Shown here: positions 1 through 9,597 of the stretch, one piece after another
How positions within the stretch are numbered: the stretch's first letter is position 1
How the letters are laid out: each line of letters begins with the position of its first letter
Assembly: GCA_035759925.1 (NCBI GenBank)
Contig: DASTTY010000043.1
Location: forward strand, 9,389-73,388
Length of the DNA: 64,000 nt
DNA from: Solirubrobacterales bacterium
Lineage (GTDB): Bacteria > Actinomycetota > Thermoleophilia > Solirubrobacterales > 70-9
Direction: 5' to 3'
The notes under the pieces: model-generated
Seen by the model: only the letters and a program-made list of their open reading frames with translations
Told to the model about the DNA's origin: nothing
The model's database searches: none
Translations under genes and position numbers: made by a program

Positions 1-43
1 GGTCGCCCGCGCGCCCTGGCTCTGGCCGGTCCTGAAGGGGCCG

Positions 44-583
44 ATGACCTCGTACTTCGACGGCCTGGCCGGCACCTGGGACGAGCGGACGGGTGCGCCG
101 GGGCCGGACCACCTCGCACCGCTCGCGGTCGCCGTGACGATGATCGACCGGCGGCCCGAGCGAGCGCTCGACATCGGGACCGGGACGGGCGTCGCCGCCC
201 TGTTCGTCGCCCGCGAGTTCCCCTACGCGTCGGTGCGCGGTGTCGACGTCTCCGAGGAGATGATCCGCCGCGCCAAGGCCAAGGTCGGGCTCGATCCCGA
301 AGGGCGGGTCGCCTTCCAGGTCGCCGACTCCTCCTCGCTCCCCTACGGCGACGGCGACTTCGACCTGGTGACGCTGCTGAACATGCCGCCGTTCTTCGCC
401 GAGATCGCCCGCGTCCTCCGCCATGGCGGCCACGCGATCGTCGCCGCCAGCTCCGGCGATCGGACGCCGTTCTACACGCCCGACTCGGTGCTGGCCCGGG
501 GATTCGGGCGGCACGGGATGTCGACCGTCAAGACCGGCCGGATCGGCAACGGCTCCTGGTTCGTCGCCCGCAAGGGAGACTGA
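44..583 (+). CDS. class I SAM-dependent methyltransferase (small, Methyltransf_11/25-like)
   Basis: 179-aa ORF. SAM motif I ALDIGTGTGVAALF, acidic GVDVSEEM, DLVTLLNM. GAAGGGG SD-like sequence 5 nt before the ATG. Only 6 nt to the next gene. Confidence 0.75.
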   Translation: MTSYFDGLAGTWDERTGAPGPDHLAPLAVAVTMIDRRPERALDIGTGTGVAALFVAREFPYASVRGVDVSEEMIRRAKAKVGLDPEGRVAFQVADSSSLPYGDGDFDLVTLLNMPPFFAEIARVLRHGGHAIVAASSGDRTPFYTPDSVLARGFGRHGMSTVKTGRIGNGSWFVARKGD

Positions 584-589
584 GCACGC

Positions 590-1492
590 GTGGCCGATCC
601 CGCTCCGGCGACCGCCTACTGCCTGCTCGTCAATCCCTCGGCCGGATCGGGCCGGGCGCAGAAGCGCCTGCCGGAGATCCGCTCCGAGCTCGACCGGCGC
701 GGGATGCAGTACCGGATCGTGATGACGACGGGGATCGAGCACGGCTGCCGGGAGGCGCTCGCCGCCGCCGAGCGCGACGAGGTGCCGGTCGTCGTCAGCG
801 GCGACGGGCTGATCGGCAAGGTCGGCGGCGCGCTCGCCGGCTCCGCGGCGCCGCTCGGCATCATCCCCGGCGGACGCGGCAACGACCTCGCACGCGTCGT
901 CGGGATTCCGACGGACCCCGCCGGCGCGGTTGCGGTGCTCGCCGCCGGCAGCCGCCGGCGGATCGACGTCGGCGAGGCGAACGGGGAGCGCTTCCTCTGC
1001 ATCGCGAGCTGCGGCTTCGACTCCGACGCGAATCGGATCGCGAACGAGACGACGGCGATCGGCGGTCCGCTCGTCTACGCCTATGCGGCCGTCAAGGCGC
1101 TCTGGCAGTGGCGTCCCGCCGAGTTCACGGTGACGGTCGACGGCGAGGCGACGAGCGTTCGCGGCTACTCCGTCGCCGTCGCCAACTCGCAGGCGTACGG
1201 CGGCGGGATGTTCGTGGCTCCCCAGGCGCGCCTCGACGACGGCCTCCTCGATGTGGTGATCACCGGCGACGCCCCGAAGCGCAGGTTCCTGACCGGGCTT
1301 CCGCAGGTCTTCAAGGGCACACACATCGAGCGGGACGACGTGATCACGCTGCGCGGCCGGGTCGTCGATGTCGATGCCGATCGCCCCTTCGACGTCTACG
1401 CCGACGGTGACGTGCTGACCGGCCTGCCGATGCGGGTCGGCCTTCTCGACGACGCGCTCGAGCTGATCGCCCCGCCGGCCGGAGCGCCGTGA
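590..1492 (+). CDS. diacylglycerol-kinase-family lipid kinase (DAGK catalytic domain, YegS-like)
   Basis: 300-aa ORF with GTG start about 11 nt after AAGGGAG. Signatures VVVSGDGLIGKV and IIPGGRGNDLARV. Stop overlaps the murT start (GTGA at 1489-1492). Confidence 0.75.
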   Translation: MADPAPATAYCLLVNPSAGSGRAQKRLPEIRSELDRRGMQYRIVMTTGIEHGCREALAAAERDEVPVVVSGDGLIGKVGGALAGSAAPLGIIPGGRGNDLARVVGIPTDPAGAVAVLAAGSRRRIDVGEANGERFLCIASCGFDSDANRIANETTAIGGPLVYAYAAVKALWQWRPAEFTVTVDGEATSVRGYSVAVANSQAYGGGMFVAPQARLDDGLLDVVITGDAPKRRFLTGLPQVFKGTHIERDDVITLRGRVVDVDADRPFDVYADGDVLTGLPMRVGLLDDALELIAPPAGAP

Positions 1493-2886
1493 GCAGCGAG
1501 CGACGCAGGGGCTTGTTCGCTGCGAAGGTCGCCGCCGCGCGCGCGATCGGCGCGCTGAGCCGGCGCAGTGGCCGCGGCGGCGGGACGACCCTGCCCGGCC
1601 GTTTCCTGCTGCGGATCGCTCCGGACGCGATCGGCAGGCTCGGCGCCGGCCTCGAGCGCTCGCGAACGATCATCAGCGCGACGAACGGCAAGACGACGAC
1701 GGCGGGAATGCTGGCGTCCGCGCTCCATGCCGCCGGTCGCGACCCGGTCCACAACCGGGCCGGATCGAACATGGCCTGGGGCGTCGCGACGGCGCTGCTC
1801 GACGGTGGCGGTGACGAGGGCCTCTTCGAGGTCGACGAGGCATGGCTGCCGAGCGTCGCCGACGAGCTCGCGCCGACGCTGCTCGTCCTCGGCAACCTAT
1901 TCCGCGACCAGCTCGACCGCTACGGCGAGCTCGAACGTCTCGCCGACCAGTGGGCCGCCGTGGTCGCCGGGCGCGAAGGCCGAACCGGCCTCGTCCTCAA
2001 CGCCGACGACCCGTTGATCGCCGACCTCGGCCGCGACCGCGAGCTGCGCCGTCGCGAGGGAGTCACGTTCTTCGGCATCGAAGATCCCGCCCAGGCCGTC
2101 CCGGAGCTCCAGCATGCGTTCGACGCCAAGCATTGCCGCCGCTGCGGGGCCCCGTATCGCTACGAGCGCGCCTTCGTCGGCCACCTCGGCCATTACCGCT
2201 GTCCGAACTGCGGCGCCGATCGTCCTGCGCCCGACGTCTACGCGACCGGCATCGAGCTGCAGGGGATCAGCGGCTCGCGGTTCCGGGTCCGGACCGGGGA
2301 CGGCGAGCTCACGATCGACCTGCCGCTGCCCGGGCTCTACAACGTCTACAACGCGCTGGCCGCGATCGCCGCCGCGGGGCGGCTCGGCATCGCCGGCGAG
2401 CAGATCAGCGCCGGCCTGCAATCGGTTCGCGCCGCGTTCGGACGGGTCGAGACGATCGCAATCGGCGAGCGGTCGCTGGCGATCCTGCTGATCAAGAACC
2501 CCGCCGGCGCCAACGAGGTCCTGCGAACCCTGAGGCTCGAGGCCGAGCAGAGCGGCGGCCGTCTCGATCTCTGGCTCGCTCTCAACGACCGGATCGCCGA
2601 CGGACGCGATGTCTCCTGGATCTGGGACGCGGACTTCGACTTGCTCGCCGATTCCGCTGGGCGGATCCACTGCACCGGCACGCGCGCCGCCGAGATGGCG
2701 CTTCGGCTCAAGTACGCCGGCTGGCCGACGGACCGGATCGAGGTCGTCGCAGGGATCCCCGACTCGCTCGACAGGGCGCTTGCCGCCGCCGACCAGCGCC
2801 TCTTCGCGCTCCCGACCTACACGGCGCTGATCGAGCTGCGCACCCTGCTCGCCAAACGCGGCCTCGCGACGGAGTTCTGGCGATGA
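1489..2886 (+). CDS. murT: lipid II isoglutaminyl synthase subunit MurT (Mur-ligase family)
   Basis: 465 aa. Mur-ligase P-loop ISATNGKTTTAGML. C4 zinc ribbon CRRCGAPY...CPNCG typical of MurT. C-terminal DUF1727-like DGRDVSWIWDADFD. Confidence 0.85.
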   Translation: MSSERRRGLFAAKVAAARAIGALSRRSGRGGGTTLPGRFLLRIAPDAIGRLGAGLERSRTIISATNGKTTTAGMLASALHAAGRDPVHNRAGSNMAWGVATALLDGGGDEGLFEVDEAWLPSVADELAPTLLVLGNLFRDQLDRYGELERLADQWAAVVAGREGRTGLVLNADDPLIADLGRDRELRRREGVTFFGIEDPAQAVPELQHAFDAKHCRRCGAPYRYERAFVGHLGHYRCPNCGADRPAPDVYATGIELQGISGSRFRVRTGDGELTIDLPLPGLYNVYNALAAIAAAGRLGIAGEQISAGLQSVRAAFGRVETIAIGERSLAILLIKNPAGANEVLRTLRLEAEQSGGRLDLWLALNDRIADGRDVSWIWDADFDLLADSAGRIHCTGTRAAEMALRLKYAGWPTDRIEVVAGIPDSLDRALAAADQRLFALPTYTALIELRTLLAKRGLATEFWR

Positions 2887-3656
2887 CTGCGCGGCTCGGC
2901 GGCGGGCGCCGCACCTCGCCCCCAGCCGGCGGCGACCCGGTCGCCTGGCACGACGCCGAGCACGGCGGCTTCGCGGCTGACCTCGAGCTGTTCGAGCGGC
3001 TCGCCGGCGAGCGCCCCGGCGGCGTCCTCGACCTCGGTGCCGGGACCGGGCGGGTCGCGCTGCCGCTGGCCGCCGCCGGACACCCGGTGACCGCCGTCGA
3101 CACCGACCCGGCGGTCCTGGCGGCGCTCGCGCAGCGGGCCGCCGATCGCAGCCTGCCCGTCGAGACGGTCCGCGGCGACGCCCGCGACCTCGACCTCGGC
3201 CGGAGGTTCCCGCTGATCCTGGCGCCGATGCAGCTCCTCCACATCGCCGGCGGGTCAGCGGGGCGCCGCGGCTTGCTCGCCGCCGTCGCTCGCCATCTCG
3301 AGCGCGAGGGGCGGCTCTGTGCGGTCGTGATCGAGGAACCGCTGCCGACCGGCACAGGTCGGCCCGATCCGGTCCCCGACGTCCGCGAGGTCGATGGCTG
3401 GGTCCACTCGAGCCTGCCGACCGAGATCCGGATCGAGGAGCAGGCGATCACGATGATCCGCCTCCGCCAGCTCGTGGCGCCGGATGGGACCCTGACCGAG
3501 ACGACGCACACGATCCACCTCGACCGCTTCACGCTTGCCGAGCTCGACCGCGACGCCGATGCCGCCGGGCTCTGGATCGTCGGCTGCGAGCGGGTCCCGA
3601 GCACGATCGAGTTCGAGGACTCGCTGGCGGTCTACATGGAGGTGCGCGATGGCTGA
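2883..3656 (+). CDS. class I SAM-dependent methyltransferase inserted between murT and gatD
   Basis: In-frame ATG at 2883 inside the long artefactual ORF 1842..3656; 257 aa. SAM motif I VLDLGAGTGRVALPLA and VTAVDTDP. ATGA overlap with the murT stop and 8-nt overlap with the gatD start. Confidence 0.7.
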   Translation: MTARLGGGRRTSPPAGGDPVAWHDAEHGGFAADLELFERLAGERPGGVLDLGAGTGRVALPLAAAGHPVTAVDTDPAVLAALAQRAADRSLPVETVRGDARDLDLGRRFPLILAPMQLLHIAGGSAGRRGLLAAVARHLEREGRLCAVVIEEPLPTGTGRPDPVPDVREVDGWVHSSLPTEIRIEEQAITMIRLRQLVAPDGTLTETTHTIHLDRFTLAELDRDADAAGLWIVGCERVPSTIEFEDSLAVYMEVRDG

Positions 3657-4392
3657 GCTACGGCTGCTGGCCCTCTATCCGGAGCAGATGAACATCTACG
3701 CCGACCGCGGCAACGTGCTGTTCCTGCAACGCCGCTGCGAGTGGCGCGGGATCGGCTTCAGCTATGTGGCCGCCGGGGCGGGCGAGCGGTTCGATCCCGA
3801 TGCGCACGACCTCATCTACATCGGCGGCGGCCAGGACCGCGACCAGCGGATGGTCGCTGCCGATCTGCTCGCGACCAAGCGAGACGCGATCGAGGCTGCG
3901 ATCGCCGCCGGCGTCGCCGGTCTCGCGGTCTGCGGCGGCTACCAGCTCCTCGGCTCGTCCTACCAGCTCGGCGAGGAGCGCATCGAAGGCCTCGGCGTGG
4001 CGCCACTCCACACGGTCCGCGAGCCCGGGCCCCGACTGATCGGCAACGTCTCGATCGAGGTCGACCTCGGCTCCGGCCCCCGCGTGCTCGCCGGCTTCGA
4101 GAACCACGGCGGCCGCACCTACATCGACTCCGGCGGCGAGCCGCTCGGCCGCGTCCTCCACGGTCACGGCAACAACGGCCGCGACGGCCTCGAAGGGATC
4201 GTCCGCGGGAACCTGATCGGGACCTATCTGCACGGTCCGCTCCTGCCGAAGAACGCCTGGCTGGCCGACGAGCTGATCGCCCGGGCGATCGAGCGCCGCG
4301 AAGGCACCCGGCCGGAGCTCGCCCCGCTCGACGACCGCTTCGAGGACGCCGCTCACGCCGATGCCGAGCGCGTCGCCGCCAGCGATCGGTGA
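3649..4392 (+). CDS. gatD: lipid II isoglutaminyl synthase glutaminase subunit GatD (CobQ-type class I amidotransferase)
   Basis: ATG 3649 within ORF 3535..4392; 247 aa. Nucleophile elbow LAVCGGYQLLG, plus GFENHGGRT and GTYLHGPLLP. Confidence 0.85.
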   Translation: MAELRLLALYPEQMNIYADRGNVLFLQRRCEWRGIGFSYVAAGAGERFDPDAHDLIYIGGGQDRDQRMVAADLLATKRDAIEAAIAAGVAGLAVCGGYQLLGSSYQLGEERIEGLGVAPLHTVREPGPRLIGNVSIEVDLGSGPRVLAGFENHGGRTYIDSGGEPLGRVLHGHGNNGRDGLEGIVRGNLIGTYLHGPLLPKNAWLADELIARAIERREGTRPELAPLDDRFEDAAHADAERVAASDR

Positions 4393-4417
4393 CCCTGGCC
4401 GCGGATGACCGACTGGA

Positions 4418-4852
4418 TCAGGCCACCCCGCTCGAGCCGAACCCGAGCTCACCGCGGGCGCTGTCGGCGAGCGTCACCGCCTCGACCGGATCGACCTCGG
4501 CGAACGGCGTGACCAGGAGCTGCGCGATCCGGTCGCCGGGCTCGATCTCGAAGCCGTGCTCGCGATCGGTGTTGAGCAGCAGGATGCGGAGCTCGCCCCG
4601 GTAGCCGGAGTCGATCAGCCCGGGCGCGTTGACCATCGAGATCCCGTGACGGAGCGCGAGCCCCGAGCGCGGCAGCACGAGCCCGGCGTGACCGGCGGGA
4701 ATCTCGACCGCCACGCCGGTCCCGATCGACGCCCTCTCCCCCGGCCCGAGCAGCGCCGGCTCAGCGGCCCGCAGATCGAGGCCGGCGTCGCCGGGATTCG
4801 CCCGCGACGGAAGCACGGCGCCGGGCTCGAGCAGGCGGACCTTCAGCTCCAC
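4418..4852 (-). CDS. dut: dUTP diphosphatase
   Basis: 144 aa with GTG start. dUTPase motifs AGLDL, GLIDSGYRGEL and C-terminal RGELGFGSSG. Confidence 0.9.
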   Translation of the reverse strand: MELKVRLLEPGAVLPSRANPGDAGLDLRAAEPALLGPGERASIGTGVAVEIPAGHAGLVLPRSGLALRHGISMVNAPGLIDSGYRGELRILLLNTDREHGFEIEPGDRIAQLLVTPFAEVDPVEAVTLADSARGELGFGSSGVA

Positions 4853-4856
4853 GCCC

Positions 4857-6185
4857 TCAGGCGGCCCTGCCGTTGACGGACCAGGCGCTGAAGCGATGCG
4901 TCAGGCTGCGCGGCACCCGCGCCTTGACCAGCACCCCGTCCTCGCGGTCCTCGCGGTCGACCTGACCGGCGATCTCGTGCAGCTCGTTGAGCGTGGCGCC
5001 CTCGCCGTAGGGGATCAACAGCTCGACCCGCTCGAGGGTCTTCGCGAAGGCATTCTCGATCGCGTCGAGGAGCGCCTCGACTCCCTCTCCCGTCGTCGCC
5101 GAGACGCCGACGGCGCCGCGACGGCCGACGAGGAGGTCCCGGCGGGCGTCCTCGTCGAGGAGGTCGATCTTGTTGAACGCGACGACGCGCGGCGTGTTGC
5201 CGGCGCCGATCTCCTCGAGCACGGAGTCGACGGCGCGCATCGCCGCGTCGCGGGACGCCGACGGCTCCGAGCCGTCGACGACGTGCACGATCAGGTCGGC
5301 CAGAGTCGTCTCCTCGAGGGTCGCCTTGAAAGCGTCGACGAGCTGATGGGGGAGCTTGCGGATGAAGCCGACGGTGTCGGTGAGCAGGTACTTGCGGCCG
5401 CCGTGCTCGAACGACCGCGTCGTCGGGTCGAGCGTGTGGAACAGCCGATCGCCGACGCTGACGCCGGCGCCGGTCACGGCGTTGAGCAGCGTCGACTTGC
5501 CGGCGTTGGTGTAGCCGGCGAGAGCCACGGTCGGGATCGCCGAGCGCTCGCGCTCGGCCCGCATCGTCCCGCGGCTGCGCTCGACGACGCGCAGCTCCCG
5601 CCTCAGTGCGGCGATCCGGTCGCGGGCGAGCCGGCGGTCGGTCTCGATCTGCGACTCGCCCGGTCCCCGGGTGCCGATGCCGCCGTCCATGCGGCCGGCG
5701 CCGAGCCGCTCGAGATGCGTCCAGAGCCCGCGCATGCGGGCGAGGTTGTACTCGAGCTGCGCGAGCTCGACCTGGAGCTTTCCGGCCGCGCTGTGGGCGT
5801 GGTCGGCGAAGATGTCGAGGATGATCGCCGTCCGGTCGATGACCGGCACGCGGAGGGCGCTCTCGAGGTTGCGCTCCTGCCGCGGCGCGAGCTCGTCATC
5901 GCAGGCGACGAGGTTGGCGTCGACCTGCTTGATCTCGGCCTTCAGCTCGTCGAGCTTGCCGCGCCCGAAGTAGCGGTCCGGGTCGGGTTCGGCGCGCTGC
6001 TGGACCATCCGAGCCTCGGTCGCGACGCCGGCGGTGCGGAGCAGCTCGCTGAGCTCGTCGAGCTCGGCGTCCTCACCGGGAGTCCCCCTGACGACGCCGA
6101 TCGCAACGGCGCGCTGACGCGCCCGCGGGTTGCGGATCCCGCCGCGGTCGCCATCGACTCGCGCTGGGTCGCCGTTGCCGTTCAT
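4857..6185 (-). CDS. hflX: GTPase HflX
   Basis: ATG 6185 chosen inside the 554-aa ORF, whose upstream 112 codons are Arg-rich GC artefact. HflX N-domain plus G-domain with GYTNAGKST, DTVGF and NKID. Confidence 0.85.
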   Translation of the reverse strand: MNGNGDPARVDGDRGGIRNPRARQRAVAIGVVRGTPGEDAELDELSELLRTAGVATEARMVQQRAEPDPDRYFGRGKLDELKAEIKQVDANLVACDDELAPRQERNLESALRVPVIDRTAIILDIFADHAHSAAGKLQVELAQLEYNLARMRGLWTHLERLGAGRMDGGIGTRGPGESQIETDRRLARDRIAALRRELRVVERSRGTMRAERERSAIPTVALAGYTNAGKSTLLNAVTGAGVSVGDRLFHTLDPTTRSFEHGGRKYLLTDTVGFIRKLPHQLVDAFKATLEETTLADLIVHVVDGSEPSASRDAAMRAVDSVLEEIGAGNTPRVVAFNKIDLLDEDARRDLLVGRRGAVGVSATTGEGVEALLDAIENAFAKTLERVELLIPYGEGATLNELHEIAGQVDREDREDGVLVKARVPRSLTHRFSAWSVNGRAA

Positions 6186-6259
6186 CCGTCCAAGTGTAGG
6201 AGTACCCGCCGAGGGTGGATAGGCTCCCGCCTTTCCCAGACCGCTGCCCGGAGGCCACG

Positions 6260-7057
6260 TTGAGAAGAAGAACGATCGACTACCTGCTCCTCGCCCTGAT
6301 CGCCGTCGGCCTGATCGGCGCCGGCTATGCCGTGGCGGGCAACTCCGGCGACGGCGGCAAGACGAAGATCGCGACCATCCGGCCGACCGGCGTCGGCCTG
6401 CCGCGGGTGGGCATGCATGGCACCGTCGGCGCCGGCGACATCGCCGCCCCGCTCCGCCAGTACCACGACTCCGGGCACTACGAGTCCGACCTCGACAAGG
6501 TCGGCGGCAAGGCGCAGGCATACCTCGATCGCCGCGTCGCGAAGATCCGCAAGCAGGCGCGAAAGCGCTGCCACAGCCACGGTGTCTCGAAGTGCCGGAT
6601 GCCGAAGCTCGCGCTCGTGCTCGACATCGACGAGACGTCGCTCTCGAACTACTCGGAGCTGGCGGCGACGAACTTCAGCGGGGCGACCGCGGCGCTGACG
6701 ACGGCGCTGTTCGCGGCCTCCTCGCCGCCGATCGACCCGACGCTGGAGCTGTTCGACGACGCCCGGGCGAAGAGCGTCTCGGTCTTCTTCATCACCGGTC
6801 GCCCCGACCTCGACGTCGTCCGCGACCGGACCGAGTCGAACCTGAGATCCGCCGGCTACTCGGGCTGGCGGGAGCTGGTCCTGCGGCCCTCCGACGCCGA
6901 CGGCACCCGCGCCTACAAGTCGGCCGCCCGTGCCGACATCGAGGCGAGCGGCTACCGGATCGTGCTCAACGTCGGCGACCAGGACAGCGATCTCAAGGGT
7001 GGCCACGCCGACAAGGCGTACAAGCTCCCGAACCCGTTCTACTTCATCAGCGACTGA
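6260..7057 (+). CDS. membrane-anchored HAD-superfamily class B (plant-type) acid phosphatase
   Basis: TTG 6260 lies 5 nt after GGAGG (alternative GTG at 6215). Signal-anchor LLLALIAVGLIGAG. HAD motifs LDIDETSL, FFITGR and VGDQDSDL. Confidence 0.7.
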   Translation: MRRRTIDYLLLALIAVGLIGAGYAVAGNSGDGGKTKIATIRPTGVGLPRVGMHGTVGAGDIAAPLRQYHDSGHYESDLDKVGGKAQAYLDRRVAKIRKQARKRCHSHGVSKCRMPKLALVLDIDETSLSNYSELAATNFSGATAALTTALFAASSPPIDPTLELFDDARAKSVSVFFITGRPDLDVVRDRTESNLRSAGYSGWRELVLRPSDADGTRAYKSAARADIEASGYRIVLNVGDQDSDLKGGHADKAYKLPNPFYFISD

Positions 7058-7066
7058 GCGCCGGCT

Positions 7067-8407
7067 CTAGATCGAATCGACCGAGAACAGCGTCCACTCG
7101 CCGGGGACGCCCCGCAGCGAGTGGGAGCCGCGCTCGCTGAACTCGATGCCGGAACCGACGACCAGGTCCTTGACGGTCGATGACGTCAAGACCTCGCCGG
7201 GGCCGCCGAGCGCGCCGATCCGGGCACCGATGTGGACCGCCATGCCGCCGACGTCGGCGCCGATCACCTCGACCTCGCCGGTGTGGAGGCCGGCCCGGAG
7301 GCGGATCCCCAGCTCGGCGACGCGCTCGCCGAGCTCGGTCGCGCAGCGAACCGCCCGGGCGGGACCGTCGAAGGTGGCCAGATAGCCGTCGCCGGTCGAT
7401 TTGACCGGGACGCCGCCGTAAGCACCGACGAGCTCGCGGGTGAGCTGGTCGTGGCGCTCGAGCAGGCTGCGCCAGCGCCGATCGCCCTGCTCGGCGGCGA
7501 TCTCGGTCGACCCGCAGATGTCGGTGAACAGGACGGTGGCGAGCGCTCGCTCCTCGCGCCGGTTCGCGACGGCGCCGGTCACGAACCGCTCGACCGTCTC
7601 CATGTAGGCCTCGAAGTCGTCGCCGAACGAGATCGCGTCGCGACCGGGCAGCTCGACGAGCTCGCCGCCGGGAATGTGCTCGGCGAAGTAGCGGGCGTGA
7701 CGGGAGTCCATCGCCTTCGCCAGCGGCCGGTCGAGGATCAGGCTCGGAGCCTGGACCCGGGGAAGGATCTCGCGGACGTCCATCCGGGCGATCAGCTTCA
7801 TCCGCTTCTCCATCGTGCCCGGCGACGACGACAGCCGCTCCCAGCGCCCCCACCATTCCTTGAAATCGGGATCGGTGGCCGACAGCACGGGCGAAGCCGT
7901 CATTCCGTTCTCGCCGGTCCCCCAGTGGGCGAGCATCGGCCGGACGAAGTCACGCTCACGGGTCTCCTCGTCCGCCCATCCCCAGTCGTAACCGGGCGCC
8001 GCGATCATCCGCGCCATCGGGTGCATGAGGATCAGGTGGCTGACCCGCTCGGGGTGCGTCGCAGCGAAGACGACGGCCAGCATCGCCGCCTCGGCCTGGG
8101 CCTCGAGCACGACCCGATCGGTGCTGCAGGCGTCGAGGACGGCGATCACGTCCGCCATCTGCTCCTCGAGCGTCGCCGGGACCTCGACCGGGTCGGAGAG
8201 CCCGGCGCCGCGGCGATCGAACGAGATCAGCCGCGAATGGTCGGTGTATCCGCGCATCAGTCGCTTCGCGGGCGGGACCGCCAGCATCTCGATCGTGCCG
8301 AGGCTGGGCAGGACGATCAGGTAGTCCTGCTTCCCCGCTCCCATCGTCCGGTAGGCGATGTACCGGCCATCCTCGCTGCGGACGTATCTGACCGGCGAAT
8401 CCTGCAT
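7067..8407 (-). CDS. alpha/beta-hydrolase fused to class III adenylate/guanylate cyclase
   Basis: ATG 8407 inside the 732-aa artefactual ORF; 446 aa. N-terminal alpha/beta-hydrolase fold. C-terminal cyclase motifs VLFTDICGST, KSTGDGYLATF and LRAGLHTGEVE. Confidence 0.8.
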   Translation of the reverse strand: MQDSPVRYVRSEDGRYIAYRTMGAGKQDYLIVLPSLGTIEMLAVPPAKRLMRGYTDHSRLISFDRRGAGLSDPVEVPATLEEQMADVIAVLDACSTDRVVLEAQAEAAMLAVVFAATHPERVSHLILMHPMARMIAAPGYDWGWADEETRERDFVRPMLAHWGTGENGMTASPVLSATDPDFKEWWGRWERLSSSPGTMEKRMKLIARMDVREILPRVQAPSLILDRPLAKAMDSRHARYFAEHIPGGELVELPGRDAISFGDDFEAYMETVERFVTGAVANRREERALATVLFTDICGSTEIAAEQGDRRWRSLLERHDQLTRELVGAYGGVPVKSTGDGYLATFDGPARAVRCATELGERVAELGIRLRAGLHTGEVEVIGADVGGMAVHIGARIGALGGPGEVLTSSTVKDLVVGSGIEFSERGSHSLRGVPGEWTLFSVDSI

Positions 8408-8412
8408 CGCGA

Positions 8413-9582
8413 TCAGCTCAGGTGTTCCCGCATCCGCTCGACCGCCTCGGTCAGCCGCTCGTCCGGCGTCGTCAGCGAGATCCGGAAGAATCCCTCGCCG
8501 CTCGGCCCGTACATCGACCCGGGCGAGATCACGACCGCCGCCTGCTCGAGGACGTGCTCGCAGAACGAGGTCGAGGTGTGCCCGTCGGGGACGGGCGCCC
8601 AGACGTAGATCGTCCCCCGCGGCGATTCGACGTCGACGCCGATCTCGCGCAGCGCATCGACGACGAGGTCGCGGCGGCGGGAATAGATGCGGTTCATCTC
8701 CGCGAGCGGGTCCGCCGGTCCCTCGAGGGCAGCGACGCCGGCGAGCTGGACCGCCTCGAAGAGCCCCGAGTCGACGTTCGTCTTCAGCCGCCAGTAGGTC
8801 TCGATCGCGGCGGCATTGCCGAGGATCGCCGCGCAGCGCCAGCCGGTCATGTTGTAGCCCTTCGAGAGGCTGAAGACCTCGACCCCGACGTCCTTGGCTC
8901 CGGGGGTCTCGAGGAAGCTCGGAGCGACGTAGCCGTCGTAGGTCGTCTCCGAGTAGGCGTTGTCGTGGACGATGAGGATCTCGTGCTCGCGGGCGAGCTC
9001 GACGACGCGCTCGAACAGGCCGTCGGGGGTGGTCGCCCCGGTCGGGTTGTTCGGGTAGTTGATGAACAGCAGCCGGGCGCGGCGGAGCGCTTCGGGATCG
9101 ATCGCGTCGAGGTCGGGGGCGAATCCGAGCTCGGGAACGAGCGGCAGCACCTCGACCTCGGCCCCGGCGAGGACCGGACCGCCGGTGTAGACCGGGTAGC
9201 CAGGGTCGGAGGCGAGCGCGACGTCGCCGGGATCGAGGAAGGCGAAGCAGAGGTTGTAGATGCATTCCTTGGCGCCGATCGCCGGCATCACCTCGGACTC
9301 TGGATCGATCGCGACGCCGAACCGGCGCTCGTAGAAAGCTGAGAACGCCTCCCGGAACTCCGCCCGCCCGCGATTCGACGGGTACTTCTGGTTGCCGTTC
9401 TCGGCAACCGCCGCCTGCATCGCGGCGACGACGTGGTCGTAGGTCGGCATGTCCGGATCGCCGATCCCGAGGCTGATCACGTCGATCCCGGCGGCGCGCT
9501 TGGCGGCCACCTTGCGCTCGAGCTCGGCGAACATGTACGGCGGGATCGCCTCGAGGCGCTTCGATGGGTCGGTCAGGGCCAA
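8413..9582 (-). CDS. dapL: LL-diaminopimelate aminotransferase-type class I/II aminotransferase
   Basis: 389 aa. N-terminus [35 protein letters not shown] resembles DapL proteins. PLP-lysine motif [12 protein letters not shown]. Sits immediately next to dapF. Confidence 0.65.
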   Translation of the reverse strand: MALTDPSKRLEAIPPYMFAELERKVAAKRAAGIDVISLGIGDPDMPTYDHVVAAMQAAVAENGNQKYPSNRGRAEFREAFSAFYERRFGVAIDPESEVMPAIGAKECIYNLCFAFLDPGDVALASDPGYPVYTGGPVLAGAEVEVLPLVPELGFAPDLDAIDPEALRRARLLFINYPNNPTGATTPDGLFERVVELAREHEILIVHDNAYSETTYDGYVAPSFLETPGAKDVGVEVFSLSKGYNMTGWRCAAILGNAAAIETYWRLKTNVDSGLFEAVQLAGVAALEGPADPLAEMNRIYSRRRDLVVDALREIGVDVESPRGTIYVWAPVPDGHTSTSFCEHVLEQAAVVISPGSMYGPSGEGFFRISLTTPDERLTEAVERMREHLS

Positions 9583-9597
9583 AGCGGGGCGATTCTC

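Noticed and set aside
1842-2882. Upstream 347 codons of ORF 1842..3656, considered as a large N-terminal domain of the second methyltransferase.
   Set aside because: This part overlaps murT in another frame and is Arg/Pro-rich nonsense. An in-frame ATG at 2883 with ATGA coupling to the murT stop gives a normal-sized methyltransferase.
6186-6521. The 112-codon N-terminal extension of hflX.
   Set aside because: The extension is Arg/Cys/Ser-rich nonsense that overlaps the divergent phosphatase gene. The conserved HflX N-domain begins after ATG 6185.
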